64,000 bases of DNA from SAR202 cluster bacterium. GTDB taxonomy: Bacteria; Chloroflexota; Dehalococcoidia; Lucifugimonadales; OSU-TB39. The stretch spans positions 1,823 to 65,822 of the forward strand of contig VFGY01000030.1 of assembly GCA_009392195.1 (NCBI GenBank). The letters run 5' to 3'. Below, in pieces: positions 9,241 to 18,686 of this stretch. Under the pieces are notes generated by a model. That model worked only from the letters and a program-made list of their open reading frames with translations. It did not search any database and was not told the origin of the DNA. A program made the translations under genes and the position numbers. Positions within the stretch are counted from its first letter, which is position 1. Every line of letters begins with the position of its first letter.

Positions 9241-10722
9241 TCAATTTATATTACTCTCTAAAAATATTAAAGCTTCGTCCCTTGATTTAATATGACCCAT
9301 AGCCTGAGCTTCTTTTATTTTAGCAATAAGTGTTCCGATTTTTGGACCCGGACATAGGTCAAAATTTTCCATAATTTCATCGCCATTCAATAAAACTGAA
9401 TCCTTTTCTTCCTGTCTTTTCTGAACCAACATATTGCGTTTTATAATGTAATCAGTACGCTCACAATGTTCTTCCCATTCTTCTTCGGTTAAGTTAGGCC
9501 CGCGCATCGCCAAATAATCAGATAAATCTAAATACAGTGTATCAACCGCTACTTCACCTACATCTCTGAAATACCTATATATCGCTTTATCCGTTGGCAA
9601 CTCTCCAGACTGAGACATTTGAGCCGGCCTCAAATGATTTTCTATCATGGTCTTCACAATGCCGATACCTTTATTACTTATTCTCAAACGATTCATTATA
9701 CCATCTGCTATATTACTTCCAACCTCAGAATGAGTCAAAAACCGAATTTTCCCAGACGAATCAATAGTTCTAGTCTTAGGCTTACCAATATCATGCAATA
9801 AAGCAGTAAATTTTAAAAATGTTAATCTTGTTTGGCCGTCACTTATTTTTTCTTTAAAAAATGTTTCCATTTCAGGGAATCTTGGAACATTCTTCCTAAC
9901 AAAATCTATTCCATTAGTATTTTCGAACATTTTCCCAGCCATTGAAGCAGAATTGATTAAATGTTCAAAAACATCCCAATAATGTTCTTTGGGTTGGATT
10001 ACATTTCGCGTTTCTTCCAATTCTGGTATTAATTCACACAATATACCTACATCGTCCAGAATATTAAGATAATCTAGTACATTTGGTAAAGACAATATTT
10101 TAAACAATTCTTCTCGAATACGTTCTCCACTAACATCATTTATTTTGCAAACATTTGACTTAAGCAATTGTATGGTTTGTTTGTCAATTTCAAAACCTAA
10201 TTCAGCATATAATCGTATGCACCTCAACAGTCTTAATGGATCGCCGAGAAAACTATGCTTGGTTGTTGTTTTTATAACTTTATTTTTTATATCTGCAACA
10301 CCGCAATATGGGTCAATAAGTTTGTCAACTTCAAGAGTACTGAATTTGGAATCTAAACCAATCGCAATAGCGTTTATAGTGAAATCCCTATTAGACAAGT
10401 CATCATAAATAGACTCCTCAAATAGGCCAATATCAATATTTAGCATTGAATAACCTAACTGGGCATTAATCCTGTACATAGCATGGTCAGAATTTATTAA
10501 AAAATAAGTGCCTGATAATTCTTCTGAAACGATTTTTACTATTTCTTCAGGTTTATCTGAAACAACAATATCTATATCATTTATAGGTATACCAATAATA
10601 CGATCTCTAATAAAACCACCCACTATATACGCTTCAACATTTAATGCTTCACATGTTTTCCCAATCAGTGAATTTATCTCGGTTATTTTCCCCTCATCCA
10701 AATTTTGGTTAGAAACATTCAT
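9241..10722 (-). CDS. cca: CCA-adding tRNA nucleotidyltransferase with HD domain
   Basis: 493 aa. GGFIRDRIIGIPINDIDIVV nucleotidyltransferase motif; HD-domain LLHDIGKP. Confidence 0.85.
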   Translation of the reverse strand: MNVSNQNLDEGKITEINSLIGKTCEALNVEAYIVGGFIRDRIIGIPINDIDIVVSDKPEEIVKIVSEELSGTYFLINSDHAMYRINAQLGYSMLNIDIGLFEESIYDDLSNRDFTINAIAIGLDSKFSTLEVDKLIDPYCGVADIKNKVIKTTTKHSFLGDPLRLLRCIRLYAELGFEIDKQTIQLLKSNVCKINDVSGERIREELFKILSLPNVLDYLNILDDVGILCELIPELEETRNVIQPKEHYWDVFEHLINSASMAGKMFENTNGIDFVRKNVPRFPEMETFFKEKISDGQTRLTFLKFTALLHDIGKPKTRTIDSSGKIRFLTHSEVGSNIADGIMNRLRISNKGIGIVKTMIENHLRPAQMSQSGELPTDKAIYRYFRDVGEVAVDTLYLDLSDYLAMRGPNLTEEEWEEHCERTDYIIKRNMLVQKRQEEKDSVLLNGDEIMENFDLCPGPKIGTLIAKIKEAQAMGHIKSRDEALIFLESNIN

Positions 10723-10737
10723 AAATAAAAATCGACT

Positions 10738-11262
10738 CTAATCCTCTTCCTGTATTTCTTCTAGATTAGTTTCAGGCTCAACTTTTTGCAATTTTTGATG
10801 TTCACTTAAATGATCCATATACAATATCCCATTCAAATGGTCTATTTCATGCTCTAAAGCTTGTGCTAACAATCCATCTGCTCTTATACGTACATCTTTC
10901 CATTCTCTGTCCCATGCTTTAGCTTTAACCCAAATAGATCTTGTTATAATTCCTGTATACCCAGGGACGCTTAAACATGCTTCAGGAACTTCTCTTTCAC
11001 CCTCTTTAGCTATTATTTCGGGATTTATATAAATTCTCGGGTCTTCTTCAGGAAGCTGGATAGCTATAATTCTTTTCAATATTCCTATCTGATTAGCGGC
11101 CAATCCAACACCTTGTGCGTTCTGCATGGTATCAATTAAATCATCTGCTATACGATGAATAGAGTCATCTAATTTTTTAACTTTACGAGCCTTTTTTCTT
11201 AACACTTCATGTGGAAACTCGTATATTGGTACAATAGCCAATTGCCTCTCCCAGTTTATCAA
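10738..11262 (-). CDS. def: Peptide deformylase
   Basis: Motifs GVGLAANQIG, EACLSVPG, HEIDHLNG. The longest ORF starts at TTG 11262. An in-frame TTG at 11241 preceded by GGGAGAGG gives the usual MAIVPIY N-terminus and may be the real start. Confidence 0.9.
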   Translation of the reverse strand: MINWERQLAIVPIYEFPHEVLRKKARKVKKLDDSIHRIADDLIDTMQNAQGVGLAANQIGILKRIIAIQLPEEDPRIYINPEIIAKEGEREVPEACLSVPGYTGIITRSIWVKAKAWDREWKDVRIRADGLLAQALEHEIDHLNGILYMDHLSEHQKLQKVEPETNLEEIQEED

Positions 11263-11291
11263 GTTGATAATAACATAAACTTTCGAACAAA

Positions 11292-11321
11292 ATTATAGCT
11301 AGCTAAACCAATCAGTGTAAA
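11292..11321 (-). promoter_or_regulatory. Putative sigma70-type promoter for def (TTTACA-18-TATAAT on the minus strand)
   Basis: Reverse complement reads TTTACA (11321..11316), an 18-nt spacer, then TATAAT (11297..11292). About 30 nt upstream of the def start. Confidence 0.3.
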
Positions 11322-11340
11322 GCTTTCAAATACATAATGC

Positions 11341-11369
11341 TTGACAGAACATACGTTCTGATTTAGAAT
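11341..11369 (+). promoter_or_regulatory. Putative sigma70-type promoter TTGACA-17-TAGAAT on the plus strand, with no plus-strand CDS downstream
   Basis: TTGACA 11341..11346, exactly 17-nt spacer, TAGAAT 11364..11369. Points into the hairpin at 11394..11476. Confidence 0.3.
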
Positions 11370-11393
11370 TATATACGTTGGTTTACTTTCGCA

Positions 11394-11476
11394 GAAACCC
11401 GTCGCACAAACTAATTGATTTTATACTTATTATTAATAAAATCAATTAACATACCCCAAAGTGTGCGACGGGTTTC
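11394..11476. repeat. 83-nt nested inverted repeat (candidate structured RNA, hairpin terminator or REP-like element)
   Basis: Outer arms GAAACCCGTCGCACA (11394..11408) and TGTGCGACGGGTTTC (11462..11476), 15 bp perfect. Inner arms TAATTGATTTTAT (11412..11424) and ATAAAATCAATTA (11436..11448), 13 bp perfect. 11-nt apical loop. No flanking T-run on either strand. Confidence 0.6.
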
Positions 11477-11485
11477 ACAACAAGT

Positions 11486-13270
11486 TTAAGTTCTACCGAA
11501 GTGACTTTCAATCCGATTTAAGCTTAATTTCAACATCGTGGGTCTTCCATGCGGACACATATTTGGGTTATCACATTCCTCTAAATCTTGTATCAGAGAT
11601 GTTATTTCTTTTTCTACTAAGGCTTTACCTGCCCTAATTGAAAAGTGGCATGCTATTGTTGCGGCAAATTTATCTTTAATTTCACCTATGCCTGTTTCTT
11701 CATCAATATCATTGATCAATTCTGACACGGCCTTTTCATTTGACTTATTCAACAACATTTTAGGAATGGATCTTAAAAGGTGTTTACCAGGACCAAACGG
11801 TTCAAAATCAAATCCGAAATCGATAAATTCATCCTTAAATAGTTCAATTATTCTAGATTGCTCAGTACTTAAATCTATAATTATAGGCTCAATTAGAATT
11901 TGAGAAGCTTTGACATCTTCATGGTCACCTTTTTTGACTTTTTCATATAAAACTCTTTCATGAGCTGCATGTTGATCAATCAAATATAACCCATCAGGAC
12001 CTTCTGAAATAACATATGTTAGATTCATCTGGCCGATAGGTCTTAGGATTGGAAGTAATTTCCTTATACTTCCTTTATAAGCCGCTTCTTCAAAAGCAGA
12101 ATCATCTCCAAACAAATTTGCACTATTAAACTCTGTACCACTTGATGATAAAACTCTATTTTTGTCAAAAGACCCAGGATATTTTGATATTGAACCAGAT
12201 ACAGGTAACTTTTGACCTCCTCCTCTATAAGCATTGATCACAGGTACTGGATTCCTATTCACAAGTACATTTCTAATAATTTTTTGCACTGACCCGAAAA
12301 CCTCTTTTTCTTCCATAAACCTCACTTCTTTTTTTGATGGATGTACATTTACATCTACTTTATCAAAAGGCACTACAATGTTTAGTACTAGCACAGGGAA
12401 AAGTCCATCTGGCAGAAATCCTCTGTATGCTTGCTGTATTGTATAAGAAAGGCTTCTGTTATTTATCCATCTTCCATTAACAAAAACATACATATTTTTT
12501 CTAGTCTTCCGATGTATTTCACCAGACCCAATTAAACCGCTAACACTAACCCCATTTATGTTTTCAATCGGATGAGTTTCAATTTCAAGCATTGATTCCG
12601 CTACGTTAAGTCCTAGTAAAGTTAAAACCACTTCTCTAAGGTCACCTGAACCATTAGTAGCAAAAACCTGTTTACCGTTTGATATCAATCGAAATTTAAT
12701 CGATGGATTAGCTAAAGCATAATTATTTAAAACTACTGAAATTCTAGATGATTCAGTTGATATACCTTTTAAAAACTTTCTTCTTGCAGGTAAATATTTA
12801 AACAGATTACCAACTTCTATTGTGGTGCCGGAACTTAAACCAACATTTTTTTTGTTTTCTATAATTCCATTTTTTATTTGGAATTTAATACCAAATTCAT
12901 CTTCCTGAGTCTTGGTCATCATATCTACGTCGGATACAGCTGCAATACTTGGTAAAGCCTCACCTCTAAAACCTAAAGTTTCTATATTGTCAAATTGTTC
13001 CCAATCGATAATCTTACTAGTTGCGAACCTTTGAAAAGCAAGTCCTACTTGATCTTTTGAAACGCCTGTTCCATTATCCGAAACCCTCATCAATTTAATT
13101 CCACCATCCTCTATCTCGACAATAATCTGAGTTGAATTAGCATCTATAGAATTTTCTACCAATTCTTTAATTACAGACGCAGGATTTTCAATCACCTCAC
13201 CAGCAGCTATCTTAGCTGATACATCTTCTGGCATCATTTTTATTTGATTAACTTGACTCATAAAACCCAC
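11486..13270 (-). CDS. mutL: DNA mismatch repair protein MutL
   Basis: 594 aa. IAAGEVIENPASVIKELVENSIDA GHKL ATPase motif. C-terminal dimerisation/endonuclease region with DQHAAHERV. GTG at 13270; ATG at 13261 is also possible. Confidence 0.9.
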   Translation of the reverse strand: MGFMSQVNQIKMMPEDVSAKIAAGEVIENPASVIKELVENSIDANSTQIIVEIEDGGIKLMRVSDNGTGVSKDQVGLAFQRFATSKIIDWEQFDNIETLGFRGEALPSIAAVSDVDMMTKTQEDEFGIKFQIKNGIIENKKNVGLSSGTTIEVGNLFKYLPARRKFLKGISTESSRISVVLNNYALANPSIKFRLISNGKQVFATNGSGDLREVVLTLLGLNVAESMLEIETHPIENINGVSVSGLIGSGEIHRKTRKNMYVFVNGRWINNRSLSYTIQQAYRGFLPDGLFPVLVLNIVVPFDKVDVNVHPSKKEVRFMEEKEVFGSVQKIIRNVLVNRNPVPVINAYRGGGQKLPVSGSISKYPGSFDKNRVLSSSGTEFNSANLFGDDSAFEEAAYKGSIRKLLPILRPIGQMNLTYVISEGPDGLYLIDQHAAHERVLYEKVKKGDHEDVKASQILIEPIIIDLSTEQSRIIELFKDEFIDFGFDFEPFGPGKHLLRSIPKMLLNKSNEKAVSELINDIDEETGIGEIKDKFAATIACHFSIRAGKALVEKEITSLIQDLEECDNPNMCPHGRPTMLKLSLNRIESHFGRT

Positions 13271-13273
13271 TAA

Positions 13274-14284
13274 TTACCCGATAGATTTAGATATGTTTTT
13301 TGCAACTGTAGGCCCCTCATATATCAATCCACTGTAAACTTGGACAGTAGTAGCGCCTGCTTTTATTACTCTTTCAGCATCACTCGCGTCGAATATACCA
13401 CCACAACCATTTAACGGTATTAAATCTCCAACATGGTTTCTTACATCTTTGATCATTGTAATAGTATCTTCAATCAATATTTTCCCACTAAGTCCTCCAA
13501 ATCCTGTAGCCATTTGTGAATCGTTTATAGAACGGCTGTTTGCAACAGTTAAAGCATCAACTCCAAATTCGACACTAAACTGCGCTAAATTAAGCACAAG
13601 CTGCTTTGACTTTTGATAGTCATCTCCATAAACTCCATTTACCTGAGCAGTGCCGTAAGAAGGTAATTTGACCCATAGAGGCTTTGATCTCAATTCATTT
13701 AATTCTTTGAGCAATTCACGCAAATTTTCTTTTTGATGAAAAACTTTAATCCCCTTAGTATTTGGGGAACTAAGGTTTAGTTCAATAGCATCACAAAAAG
13801 GTTCTACCATTTTCAAACATTCAGATATTTCGTGCACTGTTGTACCAGAAATGCTAACTACTAATGCAGTATTACGCAATTTAGGTCTATAGGAACAAAG
13901 TCTTTGGACCACCTTATCAACGCCGTCGTTAGGAAACCCCATAGAATTTACTAAAGCTTGGTATTGAGATAATCTTCTAAAACGTGGCTTAGCATTCCCT
14001 TCCTTAGGAAGCAATGTCACTGTTCCTACAATAATGTAACCAAAGCCAAATGACGCTATGGAATGGAATACTTTTGCATTCTTATCAAATCCTGCTGCTA
14101 ACCCAACTCTATTGTCAACATTTATACCTGAAACCAACTTTTGGGCTGCTAGATTATTCGAAGATTTCACTCTGAATGGCAAAAAAACAAAAGGGAGATA
14201 TTCTACAAATAGCTCATATACCTTATGTGCTTTTTCAGGATTCAAACTAAACAATAAAGGTCTGATTATGTTTTTATAAATCAA
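13274..14284 (-). CDS. pyrD: Dihydroorotate dehydrogenase (quinone), class 2
   Basis: 336 aa. GLAAGFDKNA, NLSSPNT, GGLSG, GCGGIF. TTG start. The stop lies 3 nt from the mutL ORF start. Confidence 0.85.
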   Translation of the reverse strand: MIYKNIIRPLLFSLNPEKAHKVYELFVEYLPFVFLPFRVKSSNNLAAQKLVSGINVDNRVGLAAGFDKNAKVFHSIASFGFGYIIVGTVTLLPKEGNAKPRFRRLSQYQALVNSMGFPNDGVDKVVQRLCSYRPKLRNTALVVSISGTTVHEISECLKMVEPFCDAIELNLSSPNTKGIKVFHQKENLRELLKELNELRSKPLWVKLPSYGTAQVNGVYGDDYQKSKQLVLNLAQFSVEFGVDALTVANSRSINDSQMATGFGGLSGKILIEDTITMIKDVRNHVGDLIPLNGCGGIFDASDAERVIKAGATTVQVYSGLIYEGPTVAKNISKSIG

Positions 14285-14400
14285 TTATCCGAACCATTTT
14301 TTAATTGTAATCTCTTTTAAAGCCACTAGTCACTATGCGCTTCGTAGCTTAACTTAATTGAACTAATTTTTCGTCCCCAAAAAGGCATTTTTGGTTTATA

Positions 14401-15165
14401 ATGAACATAATTATGGATTTAATATTCGAAAAAGGCGATAGCCTAAATCCGAAGGGTCATGCCCTAGTTTATTTTCGCAGCAACGTTGACAACAAAACAG
14501 TAGCTGCTACGTACATCGTCGTACTTCCAATATCAGTTGAAATATCAAAATATGTCCCTCCATTTTTGATGAGCCAAGTTGGGAATATGGATGAACAAAA
14601 TTTATCTGCTTTTGCATTTCCTCCAATACCAGAAGAAATGGAAAATGAGGCAGAAATAACCTGTCTTGCAGATTTAAGAAAAGATGACCTTTTATTTGGC
14701 GGAGAAATCAATTTAACCAACCCAACCGAATGCATGGAGAAAATAAACGACTTGGTTGGTCAATATACAAGTTTGTATAACACAACAGTCATTGACACAA
14801 ATAAAGACCAATCTGAATCAGATTCCGGAATTCCAATTAACGACGTACTCTACCAATTAATGTCACCTAACGATAAATTAACAGAACTTGGCCGGTTAGT
14901 AGGTAAGTTAAGATTTGGTATTGAAGGTCAAGATGAGCAGGCTATTAAAGATTCGGAAACCGAACTAACCATATTATCTAACTACTTACCGCCTAATCAC
15001 AATATAGAAAAATTGATCTTCGCTATCAAGTCAGCAGATAAAAAATCAGAAGAACTTGCGGACCTTTACGTCAAAAGATGCTACTCGCTTGTAAACGAAC
15101 AATACGATCAACTTAGCGAATTAGAGTCAAAAATAGACACCCTGAATTCGACAACCCTACAATAA
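14401..15165 (+). CDS. Hypothetical acidic protein
   Basis: 254-aa ORF with uninterrupted coding-like composition. I recognise no motif. Confidence 0.45.
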   Translation: MNIIMDLIFEKGDSLNPKGHALVYFRSNVDNKTVAATYIVVLPISVEISKYVPPFLMSQVGNMDEQNLSAFAFPPIPEEMENEAEITCLADLRKDDLLFGGEINLTNPTECMEKINDLVGQYTSLYNTTVIDTNKDQSESDSGIPINDVLYQLMSPNDKLTELGRLVGKLRFGIEGQDEQAIKDSETELTILSNYLPPNHNIEKLIFAIKSADKKSEELADLYVKRCYSLVNEQYDQLSELESKIDTLNSTTLQ

Positions 15166-15168
15166 AAA

Positions 15169-16590
15169 TCAATTCACTTTAGGGATAAAAGTCGGCGGTC
15201 TGTTCAACAGAGTAATTGAAGGTGATTTCCCCAATTGAAACTCAGCAGCTTTTAATGCTTTCTCTACAGTACTAAATGGCTTGAATCCACAACGCTTAAC
15301 TGCATCAAAATCTTTTACACCTGCAAAATATATATCAGATAAATATGACCTAGGGAGCGAAGTACTATTCCACATAAAAAATGGGTGAGCACCGTGGTAA
15401 GCATATGAATGTCTATATCCGTGTATGAATTCTGGTCGATGTGCAAAATCTTCTACATGATTTTCCCATATCTCATATGGATCCAAAGTCCCTGTCAACA
15501 ACTTATTATAAAATTCTACATATGGAGCAAATTTACTGGTGTCAAATTTAGCTTCAAAAGGATGTACTAAAATAGCAATACCTCCATTTTTCACAACGGG
15601 CTTATTTTGAAATTGCATTACTGTACCGGCCATAGCAGCATTTGATATTAAAATAGGATTTATCATCGAAAATTTAGAATAACATTCCCGATTCGATATA
15701 CCGGCAAGCAAAATGTCAGATTGTCCTTTAACCTCTACTATTAATTGTTTCTCAATTTCAGAAAGTGTAAATTTATGAACTTCAGTAGGATGTCCTGCAT
15801 TAATTGCGACCACGTTTTTATCTGTTTCTTTATTGTCATATACCGTTTCAATAGCCAAAATTCTTTTGCCTGTTTTTTCCAAATGTTTTTGTATGACGGA
15901 ACCTTGTTCCCAAACAAGTTTTTTGAAAGATGAATTCTTTGGGTCGTCCACCGATTGGCCGGTTGCTGATGGCCATGGTCTATGATGATGCCTTATACTT
16001 TTAAATGTTCCTAGTCCTACTGCAGTCGATTTCCAACCTCCATTAAATGGTGCCCACATCGTATTTAAATATATAAATTGATCAGCTTCGACTATTGCCT
16101 TATTTACTTCCACGTCGAATCCTCTATCTGTAAATCCCAAATGGATTAACTGACTGGGATCTTCTGCATCGTGACAGTACAACCGATTATATCCAAATTG
16201 CATCACAAGCTTGCGACCTAGAAAAGTCTCCATCTCAATCCTTGTCAATTTTCTATGCAAACCCTGAGCACAAAGCAAAACCACATTACTATCTTTAACT
16301 CCGATTTTTTTAAGCTGTTCAAATATATATTCGATTGCAACTCTGCGAATATCTGGCAAGTTCGTTTCAAAATAAGAACCTGAAGCATCATCAAATGCAA
16401 TAACTACTTTCGAAGAAGAATTAACTAATTTCGATAAAGGCTGGTGGGCAATAGGGTTGTTTAAAGCATAATCTAACTTTTCTCGAATATCAGGGATTTT
16501 AGATAAAGGTAAAGGCGGATTTATTTCACGAATATTTTCGGGTAAATCTGCTTCTAAATATTGATCTCCAGCTATTATTTTATGTTTCAT
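15169..16590 (-). CDS. LarA-like protein (nickel-pincer-dependent 2-hydroxyacid racemase/epimerase family, DUF2088)
   Basis: 473 aa. VVIAFDDASG, CAQGLHRKLT and NGGWKSTAVGLG resemble LarA N-terminal and central motifs. Confidence 0.65.
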   Translation of the reverse strand: MKHKIIAGDQYLEADLPENIREINPPLPLSKIPDIREKLDYALNNPIAHQPLSKLVNSSSKVVIAFDDASGSYFETNLPDIRRVAIEYIFEQLKKIGVKDSNVVLLCAQGLHRKLTRIEMETFLGRKLVMQFGYNRLYCHDAEDPSQLIHLGFTDRGFDVEVNKAIVEADQFIYLNTMWAPFNGGWKSTAVGLGTFKSIRHHHRPWPSATGQSVDDPKNSSFKKLVWEQGSVIQKHLEKTGKRILAIETVYDNKETDKNVVAINAGHPTEVHKFTLSEIEKQLIVEVKGQSDILLAGISNRECYSKFSMINPILISNAAMAGTVMQFQNKPVVKNGGIAILVHPFEAKFDTSKFAPYVEFYNKLLTGTLDPYEIWENHVEDFAHRPEFIHGYRHSYAYHGAHPFFMWNSTSLPRSYLSDIYFAGVKDFDAVKRCGFKPFSTVEKALKAAEFQLGKSPSITLLNRPPTFIPKVN

Positions 16591-16628
16591 TAAAACTTTC
16601 CTTTATAACTGAATCAGTTATTAGCTTA

Positions 16629-17561
16629 TTAACCTTTTTTCAACAATTCTAAGACCGGTTTTAGCAATGGCATAGAATCCATTGCACCTTCCACAGTAAC
16701 AGATAAACTTCCTGAGGCGACTCCAAATTTCACAGATTTCTCAAGGTTATTTGTACTAGAATAAGAAACAGCAAACCCTGCGCCAAAAGCATCACCGGCT
16801 GCAACAGTATCTCTAACATCAACATCAAAAGCCGGAATATAACCCTTATTACGTCCTGTAGAAAAATATGCTCCATCCGCACCCATTTTGATTACAACTA
16901 TTTCGACACCCTTGCTAAGCAGATTATTTGCAGCTGATTCTGCAGATTCAACGTCTACTACCTCTACGCCAGTTAAATATTGCGCCTCTGTTTGGTTAGG
17001 AACCATTATTTGAGCAAACCTATAAGCTTCATCCGGCAACTCCATAGCTGGTGCCGGGTCCCAAACTACAAGTTTCCCTTTTAATCTAGCTATTTTAGCA
17101 ACTTCAATAGATACCTCCAAAGGGATTTCATGCTGTAACATTACACAATCTGAATCTTGTATTATCCGGCTGAAAGAATCTATTTCTTTATCACCACATT
17201 TAGCATTTGCCCCGTAAACAGCTATTATTCTATTTTGACGTATTTTATCTAGAAAAATTACTGCAACTCCAGTCGATGATGACTCCTCGATCGACACGTT
17301 TTCTATCCGAACTTTCTCATTACTTAGCTTGACCAATAGTTCATCTCCAAAAATATCATCACCTACTCTTCCAAGCATAGTAACTTCAGCACCTAGTCTT
17401 GAGCACCCAACCGCTTGGTTTGCTCCCTTTCCCCCAGGAACCGAATAGAAATTTTCACCACGCAATGTCTCTCCTAATTCAGACATTCTTTCACCAACTG
17501 CAATCAAATTAATATTTAATCCCCCTAGGACAACAATCTTAGGCCTAATTGCTTTTTCCAA
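16629..17561 (-). CDS. PfkB-family sugar kinase, ribokinase-like
   Basis: 310 aa. GGKGANQAVGCSRLG and DTVAAGDAFGAGF signatures. Overlaps the upstream HAD gene by 17 nt. Confidence 0.8.
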   Translation of the reverse strand: MEKAIRPKIVVLGGLNINLIAVGERMSELGETLRGENFYSVPGGKGANQAVGCSRLGAEVTMLGRVGDDIFGDELLVKLSNEKVRIENVSIEESSSTGVAVIFLDKIRQNRIIAVYGANAKCGDKEIDSFSRIIQDSDCVMLQHEIPLEVSIEVAKIARLKGKLVVWDPAPAMELPDEAYRFAQIMVPNQTEAQYLTGVEVVDVESAESAANNLLSKGVEIVVIKMGADGAYFSTGRNKGYIPAFDVDVRDTVAAGDAFGAGFAVSYSSTNNLEKSVKFGVASGSLSVTVEGAMDSMPLLKPVLELLKKG

Positions 17562-18363
17562 AAAATCCTCCAGTCATAAGTTCCTCTAACATGATAGCAG
17601 GTCCATTTTCTTCCATAGATAAAGAAACTCGGTCACTCACTTCAAGTATTTCTTTAACTGAATTTTGAACTGCTATACCCATTCCCGCCCATTTCAACAT
17701 ATCAACATCATTATAACCATTCCCAAAAGCGATAGTTTGTTCCCTTGATACACCATAATAATTCGCTAGCCACTCCAATGCTTTATGTTTACCGGCTAAA
17801 GGGTGTAAAATTTCACAGAAATTAGGTAACGAACGTGTGATATGTAATGTAGATTCGTCACCTGACTTTAAATGGTGTTCTAGTTCAGCAATAGTTTTTT
17901 CAGCACCTACAGCGACAATACGAGTTGGGCATAAATTGGTAATTTTATATAGGTCCTTTACAAGATTCACTTTCCCAGAATTACGCTCAGAATAACCCTT
18001 AGCCCAATCAGTCAAATTTTCCACATAAATCTGTCCATCATGATAAAAAACCGGTTGCACATCCCAATCCGTTAATAAATCTAGAGTGTGTTCTGCTAGT
18101 TCTTGAGTAAGGGGCATATGCCAAAAAACCCTACCCGTATACATATCTGCAATATGCGCTCCTTGGTAAGAGATTATAGGATGAATGATATTTAGTCCTT
18201 TTAGAGCCATAGACGCTGACAAAAACATACGTCCTGTGGCAATCGTAACAATTATCCCACTATCTATTAACCGATTGATAACAGAAGTATTCTTGTCAGA
18301 GACTGGGTCGTGCATACTTCTAATAGTTCCATCTATATCAAAAGCCACCAATTTATAATACAT
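17545..18363 (-). CDS. HAD-superfamily Cof-type phosphatase
   Basis: FDIDGT motif I and GNGYNDVDMLKWAG motif IV. The longest ORF reaches TTG 18381, but ATG 18363 (MYYKLVAFDIDGT) fits the family better. Confidence 0.8.
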   Translation of the reverse strand: MYYKLVAFDIDGTIRSMHDPVSDKNTSVINRLIDSGIIVTIATGRMFLSASMALKGLNIIHPIISYQGAHIADMYTGRVFWHMPLTQELAEHTLDLLTDWDVQPVFYHDGQIYVENLTDWAKGYSERNSGKVNLVKDLYKITNLCPTRIVAVGAEKTIAELEHHLKSGDESTLHITRSLPNFCEILHPLAGKHKALEWLANYYGVSREQTIAFGNGYNDVDMLKWAGMGIAVQNSVKEILEVSDRVSLSMEENGPAIMLEELMTGGFFGKSN

Positions 18364-18686
18364 AATTGAATTTAAATCCAACCCCGCAAATGTTAAAATT
18401 TATTCATTAATATGTCTAATAAACTATGCAAATAAACCCAAGACTAATTTTATGGTTAGTAATAATATGTTTAACATTACCCATATTAATAATGGTATTA
18501 AGCAATAATTCTAATTGAAACACCTTTAACTCGTTGGTCATATAAAATAATAAGTTACATACTAAAATTAAAACTCACGATTAATTCACTAAATGAATTA
18601 TTTTTATCCATACTAATTAATTATTGACAATATCAATTTCCCATATCTACTATTTGATTAATAGAAAATCTAAAATTTGTATATAA

